This document shows positions 33,645 to 40,697 of a stretch of 40,697 nucleotides of DNA, piece after piece. The stretch spans positions 1 through 40,697 of the forward strand of contig CAVIBA010000003.1 of NCBI GenBank assembly GCA_963640785.1, in the 5' to 3' direction. Made by a program: the position numbers and the translations under genes. The stretch is from Bulleidia sp. GTDB lineage: Bacteria; Bacillota; Clostridia; Oscillospirales; CAG-272. The notes beneath the pieces were generated by a model. The model was given only the letters and a program-made list of their open reading frames with translations, was not told where the DNA came from and ran no database searches. Positions within the stretch are counted from its first letter, which is position 1. Each line of letters begins with the position of its first letter.

Positions 33645-34688
33645 TTAAAATATAATTGTACCAATAAAAAATATCGCTACCGAAAGAATAAACGGCAGGC
33701 TGAGCGCGCCGTCGCGCAACGACCTTAACAGCTCCTCCGGCGTGAGCCCGACTGGATAGTCGGGACTGCCGGAATGGCCGGTACAGTCGGTACCGGCAGA
33801 CTGCTCGGGGTGGTCGTGGCGGCCGGACTGCCCGGCGGAGTCAGCGCAATTGCCGGAATCAGACGCGGCATTTGCGCGGTAGTGCCCGTAAAGCCGTGCC
33901 GCGCTCATGCAGAATACCAACGCGGCGATGAGCATAATCGCCACAAGCAGCATCAGAAACAGCGCGCGGCTGGCCGTCGTCAGATAAAACGACGACAGGT
34001 AGGGCTGAAGGTAAATTGCAAAAATATTGTAGAGCAGATGCACCGCAACGCATGCGATAAGCGAGCGCGTCGCGTAGAGCACCAGACACAGCACGACGCC
34101 GCTGACAATGTAGACGGGCAGCAACTTGAGTTCGAGGTGCAGCATTCCGAAAAGCAGCGAGCTCATGACGACCGACCGCACGACCCCGCCGCCCCGGTAT
34201 TCGAAGCAGACAAGCCCGCGGAACATAAACTCCTCGCACACCGCCGGGAGCAGCGCGTAGCAGACAATCAGCCGGACGTTGCCGAAGACGCCCTCGCCTC
34301 CGCGCGCGGTGAAGGTGTTGTAAAGGTCGAACCTGCCCGCCGGAGTGCTGTCGCTGCAGAGCAGTATCGTCAGAAGAAAAGCGAGGCAGCACAGACCCAC
34401 CAGCGCCGATGCGCAGGGGAGAATCCGGCGCACGTCCGGCCGCGAGATAAGCAGTGCGGACGGCGTCGGACGCGCCAGCTGCTGCGGCAGCCGCAGCATG
34501 AGGCAGACGCAGACGGCGCCGGGGATGACAAATATCGCGATTTCGAAAATCACCGCGAGAAAGGTTGAGAGATGCGGGTTAGTCACGCGCGAGTCGACAA
34601 GCCGTGCGACAATCAGCATGACGTACCCGAACAGCACCGCCCACGCGGACACAAAGCCGCCGCGGCGCGCCGATTCAGCGCCTGTCAT
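33645..34688 (-). CDS. CPBP-family intramembrane glutamic endopeptidase (CAAX protease/Abi type) with long C-terminal extension
   Basis: CEEFMFRGL and LLFGMLHL catalytic motifs. ATG 34688 lies 4 nt after the DJ-1 stop. The track start 34817 overlaps the upstream gene. Confidence 0.75.
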   Translation of the reverse strand: MTGAESARRGGFVSAWAVLFGYVMLIVARLVDSRVTNPHLSTFLAVIFEIAIFVIPGAVCVCLMLRLPQQLARPTPSALLISRPDVRRILPCASALVGLCCLAFLLTILLCSDSTPAGRFDLYNTFTARGGEGVFGNVRLIVCYALLPAVCEEFMFRGLVCFEYRGGGVVRSVVMSSLLFGMLHLELKLLPVYIVSGVVLCLVLYATRSLIACVAVHLLYNIFAIYLQPYLSSFYLTTASRALFLMLLVAIMLIAALVFCMSAARLYGHYRANAASDSGNCADSAGQSGRHDHPEQSAGTDCTGHSGSPDYPVGLTPEELLRSLRDGALSLPFILSVAIFFIGTIIF

Positions 34689-34692
34689 TGCC

Positions 34693-35232
34693 TCAGCCGG
34701 CGATGATGGAGGCGCGCAGATTTTCGGCGGCAACGTCGCCACACAGCATTGCGACAAGCTCCATTCCGAAGTCGAGCGCGACGCCCATACCGGCGGCCGT
34801 GACCGTCTTGCCGTCACGGACTACGTGGCGGTTAGAAAGAATCGCGCCGTCAAGGAATTTTTCAAAGCCGGGGAAGCAGATGGCGCGCTTGCCCTTGAGC
34901 AGGCCGCGCTTGCCGAGCACCATGGGGGCTGCGCAGATGGCGGCGAGATAGCCGTCGCGCGCTGCGGTCGCTTTGAGCGCGGCGTCGACGACGGGCGAGG
35001 CGTCAAGGTTGCGTGTGCCGGGCATTCCGCCGGGCAGAATTACCATGTCGGGGTTGTCGTCGTGGAAGACGCTGTCGATTATGTCGGCCTGCACGGTGAT
35101 GCCGTGCGATCCGGTTACAAGCTCGCCGCCGATGCCGACGGTGGTTACCTCAAGTCCCGCGCGACGCAAAAGGTCGAGCGGCGTCAGCGCTTCGGTTTCC
35201 TCAAAACCATGTGCCAAAAACATATAAATCAT
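34693..35232 (-). CDS. DJ-1/PfpI (ThiJ) family protein
   Basis: FEETEALTPLDLLRRAG, ILPGGMPG and the nucleophile elbow AAICAAP. GGAGG RBS. Confidence 0.88.
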   Translation of the reverse strand: MIYMFLAHGFEETEALTPLDLLRRAGLEVTTVGIGGELVTGSHGITVQADIIDSVFHDDNPDMVILPGGMPGTRNLDASPVVDAALKATAARDGYLAAICAAPMVLGKRGLLKGKRAICFPGFEKFLDGAILSNRHVVRDGKTVTAAGMGVALDFGMELVAMLCGDVAAENLRASIIAG

Positions 35233-35271
35233 AGCCTTACACCTCCTGATTTTTTGATTTGTGACGCCGGA

Positions 35272-36579
35272 TCAGGCGTTCTTGAAAAAGTCAACCAGCT
35301 CGCCGCGGCGTATTGCCGTTTCTTTACGGGTGGCGAGATTCTTGACTTTGACCGTCCCCTCGGCGAGCTCGCTGCCGCCCATTATGACGACGTGCGTGCA
35401 GCCGGTGTTGACGGCGTAGTCGATCTGCTTGCCGAATTTCTTGGTTCCGAGGTAGCACATGCAGGGGATCTGCGCGTTCACGAGGCTGTCGGAAAGCGCC
35501 TCGTACTCGGTGAAGGCGACGTCAGGGAAGCGCGTGACGAGCACCTTGACGCTGTAAGCCGACAGCGATTCGGGCACCAGCTTATGCGTGTAGAGAAAGT
35601 TTTCGAGCGTGACGTCTCCGAAGCCGAAGCCGACTCCGGACACCGCCGTGTTGTGCACGAACAGTCCGACGAGGTTGTCGTACCGGCCGCCGCCGAACAT
35701 GGCGCGGTTGTTCTCGGGCGCTTCGTCGAACACCTCGAAAACGGTGCCGGTATAGTAGTCGAGACCGCGGATGATGCCGAAGTCGAAGACGCAGTATTTA
35801 TCGAGCCCGCAGGCGCGCAGCGCGTCAAACAGTCGGGCGAGCTCGGCGGAGCCGCGCGAATCGGGGCAGAGAGCGGTCGCCTCGTCGATGCTCATGGTGT
35901 AGAGCGCGTCGATTTTGGCCAGCTGGTCGGCGTTAAGGCCGAGCGCGGCCATGTCCTTCTCGTAGGACTCGCGGCTTACCTTGCCCTTGCGGTCGACGAC
36001 CTTGGAGACTGCCTTCGCGCCCTCGGCGTCGGTGCCCGCGATGGCGGCGATGACGTCGTTGAAGAAGCGGCGGTTGTTTATGTGCACGCGGAACATGCTC
36101 TCGTCCGCGCCGAAGACGCGGAGCAGCTTGATGGCGGTTGAGATTATGTCAAAGTCGGCCTCGTACGAGTCGCAGCCGAAAATGTCGGCGTTGACCTGCC
36201 AGAACTCGCGGAGTCTGCCGCGCTGGGGGCGCTCGTAACGGTAAAAGTTGGGGATGGAGAACCAGCGCAGGGGGTAGCTCAGCTCGTTGACCTTGGCTGC
36301 GACCATGCGCGCGACTGTCGGCGTCATCTCGGGGCGCATAGCCAGCTGACGTCCGCCGCGATCGGTGAAGTTGTAGGTCTGCTCGCTCGCGAGCTCGACG
36401 CCGCTCTTGGCTGCGTATATGTCGAGGGACTCGAGCATGGGACCGTTGTATTCGTCAAACGCGGCGCATTCCAGCACCCCGCGGATCTTGCCGAAAAACC
36501 AGTTGCGCAGACGCATGTCTGCCGGGTAAAAGTCGCGTGTGCCCTTGTAGGGCTGAACTGAAAGTAATGGTGTACTCAT
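35272..36579 (-). CDS. hisS: histidine--tRNA ligase
   Basis: KGTRDFYP, LAMRPEMTPTVAR and RWFSIPNFYRYERPQRGRLREFWQ are class II motifs 1 and 2. GGAGG precedes the ATG at 36579. The track start 36639 is an extension. Confidence 0.88.
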   Translation of the reverse strand: MSTPLLSVQPYKGTRDFYPADMRLRNWFFGKIRGVLECAAFDEYNGPMLESLDIYAAKSGVELASEQTYNFTDRGGRQLAMRPEMTPTVARMVAAKVNELSYPLRWFSIPNFYRYERPQRGRLREFWQVNADIFGCDSYEADFDIISTAIKLLRVFGADESMFRVHINNRRFFNDVIAAIAGTDAEGAKAVSKVVDRKGKVSRESYEKDMAALGLNADQLAKIDALYTMSIDEATALCPDSRGSAELARLFDALRACGLDKYCVFDFGIIRGLDYYTGTVFEVFDEAPENNRAMFGGGRYDNLVGLFVHNTAVSGVGFGFGDVTLENFLYTHKLVPESLSAYSVKVLVTRFPDVAFTEYEALSDSLVNAQIPCMCYLGTKKFGKQIDYAVNTGCTHVVIMGGSELAEGTVKVKNLATRKETAIRRGELVDFFKNA

Positions 36580-36625
36580 GTGTCCTCCAAAACGGAAATT
36601 TGAACGAAAATGATTATTCACCATA

Positions 36626-36654
36626 ATTATATCACACATTGTCCCCCCTGTCTA
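36626..36654 (-). promoter_or_regulatory. hisS promoter (short leader, no T-box)
   Basis: On the minus strand: TAGACA (36654-36649), 17-nt spacer, TGaTATAAT (-10 at 36631-36626). Confidence 0.6.
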
Positions 36655-36704
36655 CGCCCCGCGCCGATTTTTTCGCCGCGCCGTACCAAAATCGCAAAAA
36701 ACTA

Positions 36705-36733
36705 TTTACACGGGGGATTAAAAATGATAGAAT
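36705..36733 (+). promoter_or_regulatory. promoter of HD-deoD-deoB-CYTH-cdd operon
   Basis: TTTACA (36705-36710), 17-nt spacer, TGaTAGAAT (-10 at 36728-36733). No other promoter-like sequence lies between it and the ATG at 37028. Confidence 0.6.
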
Positions 36734-36754
36734 AGGAGGTGAAGTAAGAGGAAA

Positions 36755-36999
36755 CCGATTGCTCTCGGGGCGCTGCCCCGAACCCCGCTCGGGCGGCTTT
36801 TGAAAAAGCCCCCGAGACCCCGCAAAACTTTCAAAAAAAGCAGGTTAAAGTCTGTGGGACGTCCAAAACCACCCGTTCCGGCGTCTCACAGATTTTAACT
36901 CGCCCAAATTTGCGAAAGTTTTCGCCCACCTTTTTCAAAAGGCGGCACGGATCCAACGCCGTGTGGCGTTGGCCGCCGCCCGCAGGCGGCGGAATCTCC
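36755..36999 (+). repeat. modular multi-hairpin interspersed element, short-core copy (locus 3)
   Basis: Hairpins X and Y (36788-36816). Inverted repeat 36843-36856 / 36887-36899 around a core of only 30 bp. Hairpins Z, V (36953-36972) and W (36973-36992). Confidence 0.85.
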
Positions 37000-37027
37000 T
37001 AAAAAATACAATCCCAAGGAGCCCATC

Positions 37028-37612
37028 ATGACAAACAAAGAACGTTTTGTCGACATATTCAAAACGAATATCAAGCGTGAGGGCGCGGACGCGCTGCTTG
37101 CGTTCCTGTGCTCGGACGCGTGCGACTTTTTCACAGCGCCGGCGAGTACACGCTACCACGGCGCACACGAAGGCGGACTGTGCGAGCATAGCCTGAACGT
37201 CTATGACTGCCTCGTCGACCAGCTTGCGCGTAAACGCATGAGAGAGACGTACGGAATCAAGTATTCTGACGAGAGCATAGCCATCGCCGCGCTGCTGCAC
37301 GACTTGTGTAAGATTAATTTTTACCGCACCTCCTTCAGAAACGTCAAGGACGAAAACGGCCGCTGGAGCAGCGTCCCGTATTATACCATCGAGGACTCGC
37401 TGCCCTACGGACACGGCGAGAAGTCGGTCTATATCGTGTCCGGGTATATGAAGCTCACACGCGACGAGGCCTTCGCCATCCGCTACCATATGGGCTTCTC
37501 GGGCAACGAGGATAACGGCACCGTCGGCCAGGCTCTGGAGATGTTCCCGCTCGCATTCGCACTCAGCGTGGCAGATATGGAGGCCGCGTACTTTATGGAA
37601 GGAAAGCAGTAA
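37028..37612 (+). CDS. HD-domain phosphohydrolase
   Basis: TRYHGAHEGGLCEHSLNV and AALLHDLCK form the H...HD signature. AAGGAG RBS. Confidence 0.75.
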   Translation: MTNKERFVDIFKTNIKREGADALLAFLCSDACDFFTAPASTRYHGAHEGGLCEHSLNVYDCLVDQLARKRMRETYGIKYSDESIAIAALLHDLCKINFYRTSFRNVKDENGRWSSVPYYTIEDSLPYGHGEKSVYIVSGYMKLTRDEAFAIRYHMGFSGNEDNGTVGQALEMFPLAFALSVADMEAAYFMEGKQ

Positions 37613-37636
37613 TCTGCGCCCCGGAAAGGATCTGTT

Positions 37637-38359
37637 ATGGCAAACTACCCTACACCTCATATCAAAGCTGCCCCTGCGGATATTGCGCCCGTCGTCCTTA
37701 TGCCCGGCGACCCGCTCCGCTCCAAATTCATCGCCGAAAACTACCTCGACGGCGCACGGCTGTTCAATAACGTCCGCGGCGTCCAGGGCTATACCGGCAG
37801 CTGGCACGGCGTGCCTGTCTCGGTCATGGCGAGCGGTATGGGTATACCCTCGATGGGCATATACTCATATGAGCTGTTCAACTTCTTCGGCGTCGAGAGT
37901 ATAATCCGCGTCGGCTCGGCGGGCGCGCTGCAGGAGAACGTACACGTCCGCGACATCGTGCTCGGACAGGGCGCGTGCACAAACTCAAATTACGCCTCGC
38001 AGTTCGCAACCGGCGGTACCTTCGCCCCCATCGCGGACTTCGCACTGCTTACCGCCGCCGTCTGCGCCGCGGAGAAAATGGGCGCGCAGTGGCACGTCGG
38101 CAACCTCGTGTCATCGGATACGTTTTACGACGATAACCCCGCCGCCAACGACGGCTGGAAAAAGCTCGGCGTCCTCGCTGTCGAGATGGAGGCCGCAGGT
38201 CTCTACCTCAACGCCGCCAGAGCAGGCAAGCGCGCGCTCGCAATATGCACCGTCTCGGATAGCCTCGTGACGCATGAGGCGCTGCCCGCCGAGGAGCGGC
38301 AGACCTCGTTCACTCAGATGATGGAAATCGCACTCGAAACCGCCCGCAGAATCAGCTGA
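37637..38359 (+). CDS. deoD: purine nucleoside phosphorylase, DeoD type
   Basis: TPHIKAAPADIAPVVLMPGDPLR, GMGIPSMGIYSYEL, and VEMEAAGLY near the C-terminus. Confidence 0.93.
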   Translation: MANYPTPHIKAAPADIAPVVLMPGDPLRSKFIAENYLDGARLFNNVRGVQGYTGSWHGVPVSVMASGMGIPSMGIYSYELFNFFGVESIIRVGSAGALQENVHVRDIVLGQGACTNSNYASQFATGGTFAPIADFALLTAAVCAAEKMGAQWHVGNLVSSDTFYDDNPAANDGWKKLGVLAVEMEAAGLYLNAARAGKRALAICTVSDSLVTHEALPAEERQTSFTQMMEIALETARRIS

Positions 38360-38384
38360 TACCTCGGACGCGGAAAGGAAAAAC

Positions 38385-39557
38385 ATGAAAACCAAAAGAG
38401 TATTTCTGATAGTTCTTGACAGCTGCGGCGCGGGCGAGCTGCCCGACGCGGCAGAGTTCGGCGACGTCGGCTCGAATACGCTGCGCAGCGTCTCGCGCTC
38501 GCAGAAGTTCAGCATTCCGACCCTTCGCCGCCTCGGCATAGGCAATATACCGGGGCTCGACTTCCTCGGCACTACCGCGACCCCGCTCGCCGCTACCGGC
38601 AGACTTGTCGAGCAGTCGCGCGGCAAGGACACCACCACGGGACATTGGGAAATCGCCGGAATCATCTCCGAGCAGGCCATGCCCACTTACCCCGACGGCT
38701 TCCCGCAGGACGTCATTGACGCCTTCTCGGCGGCCACCGGACGCGGCGTGCTGTGCAATAAGCCATACTCCGGAACGCAGGTCATACTCGATTACGGTCG
38801 CGAGCAGCTCGCCACGGGCAAGCTCATAGTCTATACCTCGGCCGACAGCGTCTTCCAGATAGCGGCGCACGAGGACATGGTGCCGGTCGAGACGCTGTAC
38901 GGGTATTGCCGCATCGCGCGCAGGATACTGACCGGCAAGAACGCCGTCGGACGCGTCATTGCGCGCCCCTACGTCGGCGAGTACCCCAACTTCGTCCGCA
39001 CGCCCAAGCGCCACGACTTCTCGCTCGAGCCCACCGGCCCTACCATGCTCGACAGACTTCACGACGTAGGTCTCGCTACCATCGGCGTCGGTAAGATAAG
39101 CGATATTTTCGCGGGGAAGAGCATAAGCCGCTCCTACGTCACGCACGGCAACGCGGAGGGCATGAGCATCACATCCGACATCACAAATCAGGACTTTACC
39201 GGCCTGTGTTTTGTCAATCTTGTGGATTTTGATATGCTTTACGGCCACCGCCGCGACGTCAACGGCTACGCGCAGGCGCTGACTGACTTCGACGGCTGGC
39301 TCGACGGCTTTGTCCGCAGCATGCGTCCCGACGACGTGCTCATGATTACGGCCGACCACGGCTGTGACCCCGCCTTCACAAAAACCACCGACCATACCCG
39401 CGAGTACATCCCGCTCGTTATGTACGGAGAGGGCATAAAGCCGGTGTCGCTCGGCACGCGCGCGACGTTTGCGGACATCGGCGCTACCGTCGCCGGACTG
39501 TTCGGACTTGGCTGCGAGACCCGCGGCACGGACTTCTCCGCCGAGGTGGTAAAGTGA
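38385..39557 (+). CDS. deoB: phosphopentomutase
   Basis: RVFLIVLDSCGAGELPDAAEFGDVGSNTL, TGHWEIAG, and ITADHGCDP metal-binding motifs. Confidence 0.93.
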   Translation: MKTKRVFLIVLDSCGAGELPDAAEFGDVGSNTLRSVSRSQKFSIPTLRRLGIGNIPGLDFLGTTATPLAATGRLVEQSRGKDTTTGHWEIAGIISEQAMPTYPDGFPQDVIDAFSAATGRGVLCNKPYSGTQVILDYGREQLATGKLIVYTSADSVFQIAAHEDMVPVETLYGYCRIARRILTGKNAVGRVIARPYVGEYPNFVRTPKRHDFSLEPTGPTMLDRLHDVGLATIGVGKISDIFAGKSISRSYVTHGNAEGMSITSDITNQDFTGLCFVNLVDFDMLYGHRRDVNGYAQALTDFDGWLDGFVRSMRPDDVLMITADHGCDPAFTKTTDHTREYIPLVMYGEGIKPVSLGTRATFADIGATVAGLFGLGCETRGTDFSAEVVK

Positions 39558-40213
39558 GCGAGCCGCTTGAAATCGAGCGCAAATTTCTCATTTTGCGTCC
39601 CGACGAGGCGGCGCTCGCCGCGTGGCCGGGCGCGTACAGCTACGAAATAGAGCAGATATATCTCCCCAAAAATTCCGACGGCGAAGCGCCGAGAATACGC
39701 CGCCGTCGCCGCGACGGCGCGACGGAGTGCTTCTACACCGTCAAGCGCCGCCTGACGGACATGACACGCGTCGAAATCGAGCGCGGGATCACGGAGCAGG
39801 AGTACGAGGCGCTGAGGTCGGAGGCCGGTCGGAACGCCGCGCTTGACGGAGACGCCGCGCCTGACGGAAAAAACGCGCCTGATGAGGACGCCGCGACCGC
39901 CGCCGAACGCGCTGCTCATTCTACCGAAGGCACCGCCAGCGCCGCCTCTCCGCTCGCCGCGATAAGCAAAACGCGGTGGTGTCTGCCCTGCGGCGGACAC
40001 GTCGCCGAGGTGGACATTTACCCGTTCTGGCAGCGGGTCGCCGTCGCCGAGGTTGAGCTGGGGCGGGAGGATGAAAAATTCAGCCTGCCCGAAGTTCTGC
40101 GCGTCATACGCGAGGTCACGGGCGTGCGCGAGTTTCTCAACCGCGACATGGCGTACGTGATACAGAGAACTGGCCGCCCGCCGCGCGAGCCGGATATTTT
40201 GCGAGGAGGCTGA
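39554..40213 (+). CDS. CYTH-domain (triphosphate tunnel metalloenzyme) protein with Ala/Asp-rich insertion
   Basis: N-terminal EIERKFLI (ExExK signature). GTG start overlaps the deoB TGA. A low-complexity insert of about 55 aa (EAGRNAALDGDAAPDGKNAPDEDAATAAERAAHSTEGTASAASP). Confidence 0.65.
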   Translation: MSEPLEIERKFLILRPDEAALAAWPGAYSYEIEQIYLPKNSDGEAPRIRRRRRDGATECFYTVKRRLTDMTRVEIERGITEQEYEALRSEAGRNAALDGDAAPDGKNAPDEDAATAAERAAHSTEGTASAASPLAAISKTRWCLPCGGHVAEVDIYPFWQRVAVAEVELGREDEKFSLPEVLRVIREVTGVREFLNRDMAYVIQRTGRPPREPDILRGG

Positions 40214-40216
40214 CCT

Positions 40217-40624
40217 ATGACAGACAAACAGCTTATGGAAACGGCCGTCGCGGCCATGGAGCGCTCGTATTCGCCCTACTCGGGGTTCCGCGTCGGCGCG
40301 GCGCTGCTAAGCGCCGATGGGCGCGTCTTTACCGGCTGCAACATCGAGAACGCGTCCTATCCGCTGACGGTGTGCGCCGAGCGGTGCGCTATGTTCAAGG
40401 CCGTCAGCGAGGGGGCGCGGGATTTCGCCGAGCTCGCCATCGCCGGAGGACGCGACGGAGCGGTGCGCGGGTGCTGTCCGCCGTGCGGCAGCTGTCGGCA
40501 GGTCATGGCCGAGCTGTGCCGCGGGGAGGGCTTTTATGTCCTGCTCGAGGACGGGTGCGGCGGCCTGCGCCGGAACACGCTCGACGAGCTGCTCCCGCTT
40601 CGCTTTGACTCGAAAAATCTGTAA
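40217..40624 (+). CDS. cdd: cytidine deaminase
   Basis: SYSPYSGFRVGAAL, zinc motifs CAERCA and CPPCGSCRQ. GAGGAGG RBS. Confidence 0.93.
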   Translation: MTDKQLMETAVAAMERSYSPYSGFRVGAALLSADGRVFTGCNIENASYPLTVCAERCAMFKAVSEGARDFAELAIAGGRDGAVRGCCPPCGSCRQVMAELCRGEGFYVLLEDGCGGLRRNTLDELLPLRFDSKNL

Positions 40625-40697
40625 TGGTCGGCGGCGCGTGCGTGTACATTTGTCAATGATGTGAGACCAAAAAGTTAAAAAAATAATTGTTAAGTTA

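Noticed and set aside
34345-36141. 598-aa plus-strand ORF
   Set aside because: It spans the antisense strand of three separate real genes (CPBP protease, DJ-1, hisS). It has no motifs and is a high-GC artefact.
36580-36654. T-box leader upstream of hisS
   Set aside because: The promoter -10 lies only about 47 nt upstream of the ATG. There is no specifier hairpin, T-box sequence or terminator/antiterminator.
32441-36999. Could the repeated element be a CRISPR array or integron attC sites?
   Set aside because: Copies are 245-330 bp, kilobases apart, internally modular and in mixed orientation. There is no regular 25-40-bp repeat/spacer periodicity. No cas or intI genes are present.
36935-39395. 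290-aa and 347-aa minus-strand ORFs (36935..37807, 38352..39395), plus 38111..38686
   Set aside because: They are antisense to the HD, deoD and deoB genes, which carry diagnostic motifs.

Overview
High-GC Clostridia-like chromosomal window. It is a spore former, shown by an alpha/beta SASP gene and CIRCE-controlled groES-groEL. An Oscillospiraceae/Ruminococcaceae-like origin is only a guess. I support about 40 protein genes, mostly housekeeping and transport. These are a 5'-truncated tRNA-Gln; trkA/trkH; mgtE; an alanine:cation symporter; groES/groEL; a CI-like XRE+S24 repressor; a GT4 glycosyltransferase; an FkbM methyltransferase; a HIT protein; L-serine dehydratase; a MarR-controlled heterodimeric ABC exporter; merR plus flavin reductase; marR-tauE; ackA divergent from tmcAL; a hisS/DJ-1/CPBP/TIM-barrel string; and an HD-deoD-deoB-CYTH-cdd nucleoside operon. 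No CRISPR array, integrase, transposase or recognisable defence genes are visible. The main unexplained structure is a modular multi-hairpin interspersed element. It occurs at three intergenic loci (20037-20457, 32441-32768, 36755-36999). Its stems carry compensatory changes between copies, its core length varies, and its orientation relative to upstream transcription is the same at all three loci. One copy forms most of the 5' leader of the deo operon. Secondary observations: a visibly AT-rich islet next to the tRNA (XRE regulator, unknown protein, GNAT); a secreted beta-propeller protein with a non-LPXTG C-terminal sorting-like signal; an orphan CI-like repressor divergent from a small membrane protein; a short GCATATGC-core repeat fused to two terminators; a 540-bp non-coding gap with 83-bp and 21-bp repeats; and an AT-rich patch holding a YD-repeat lipoprotein next to decayed genes whose operators remain intact. 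Many long ORFs in the six-frame track are antisense shadows of real genes, as expected in high-GC DNA. All GC statements are by eye, and no database searches were run.
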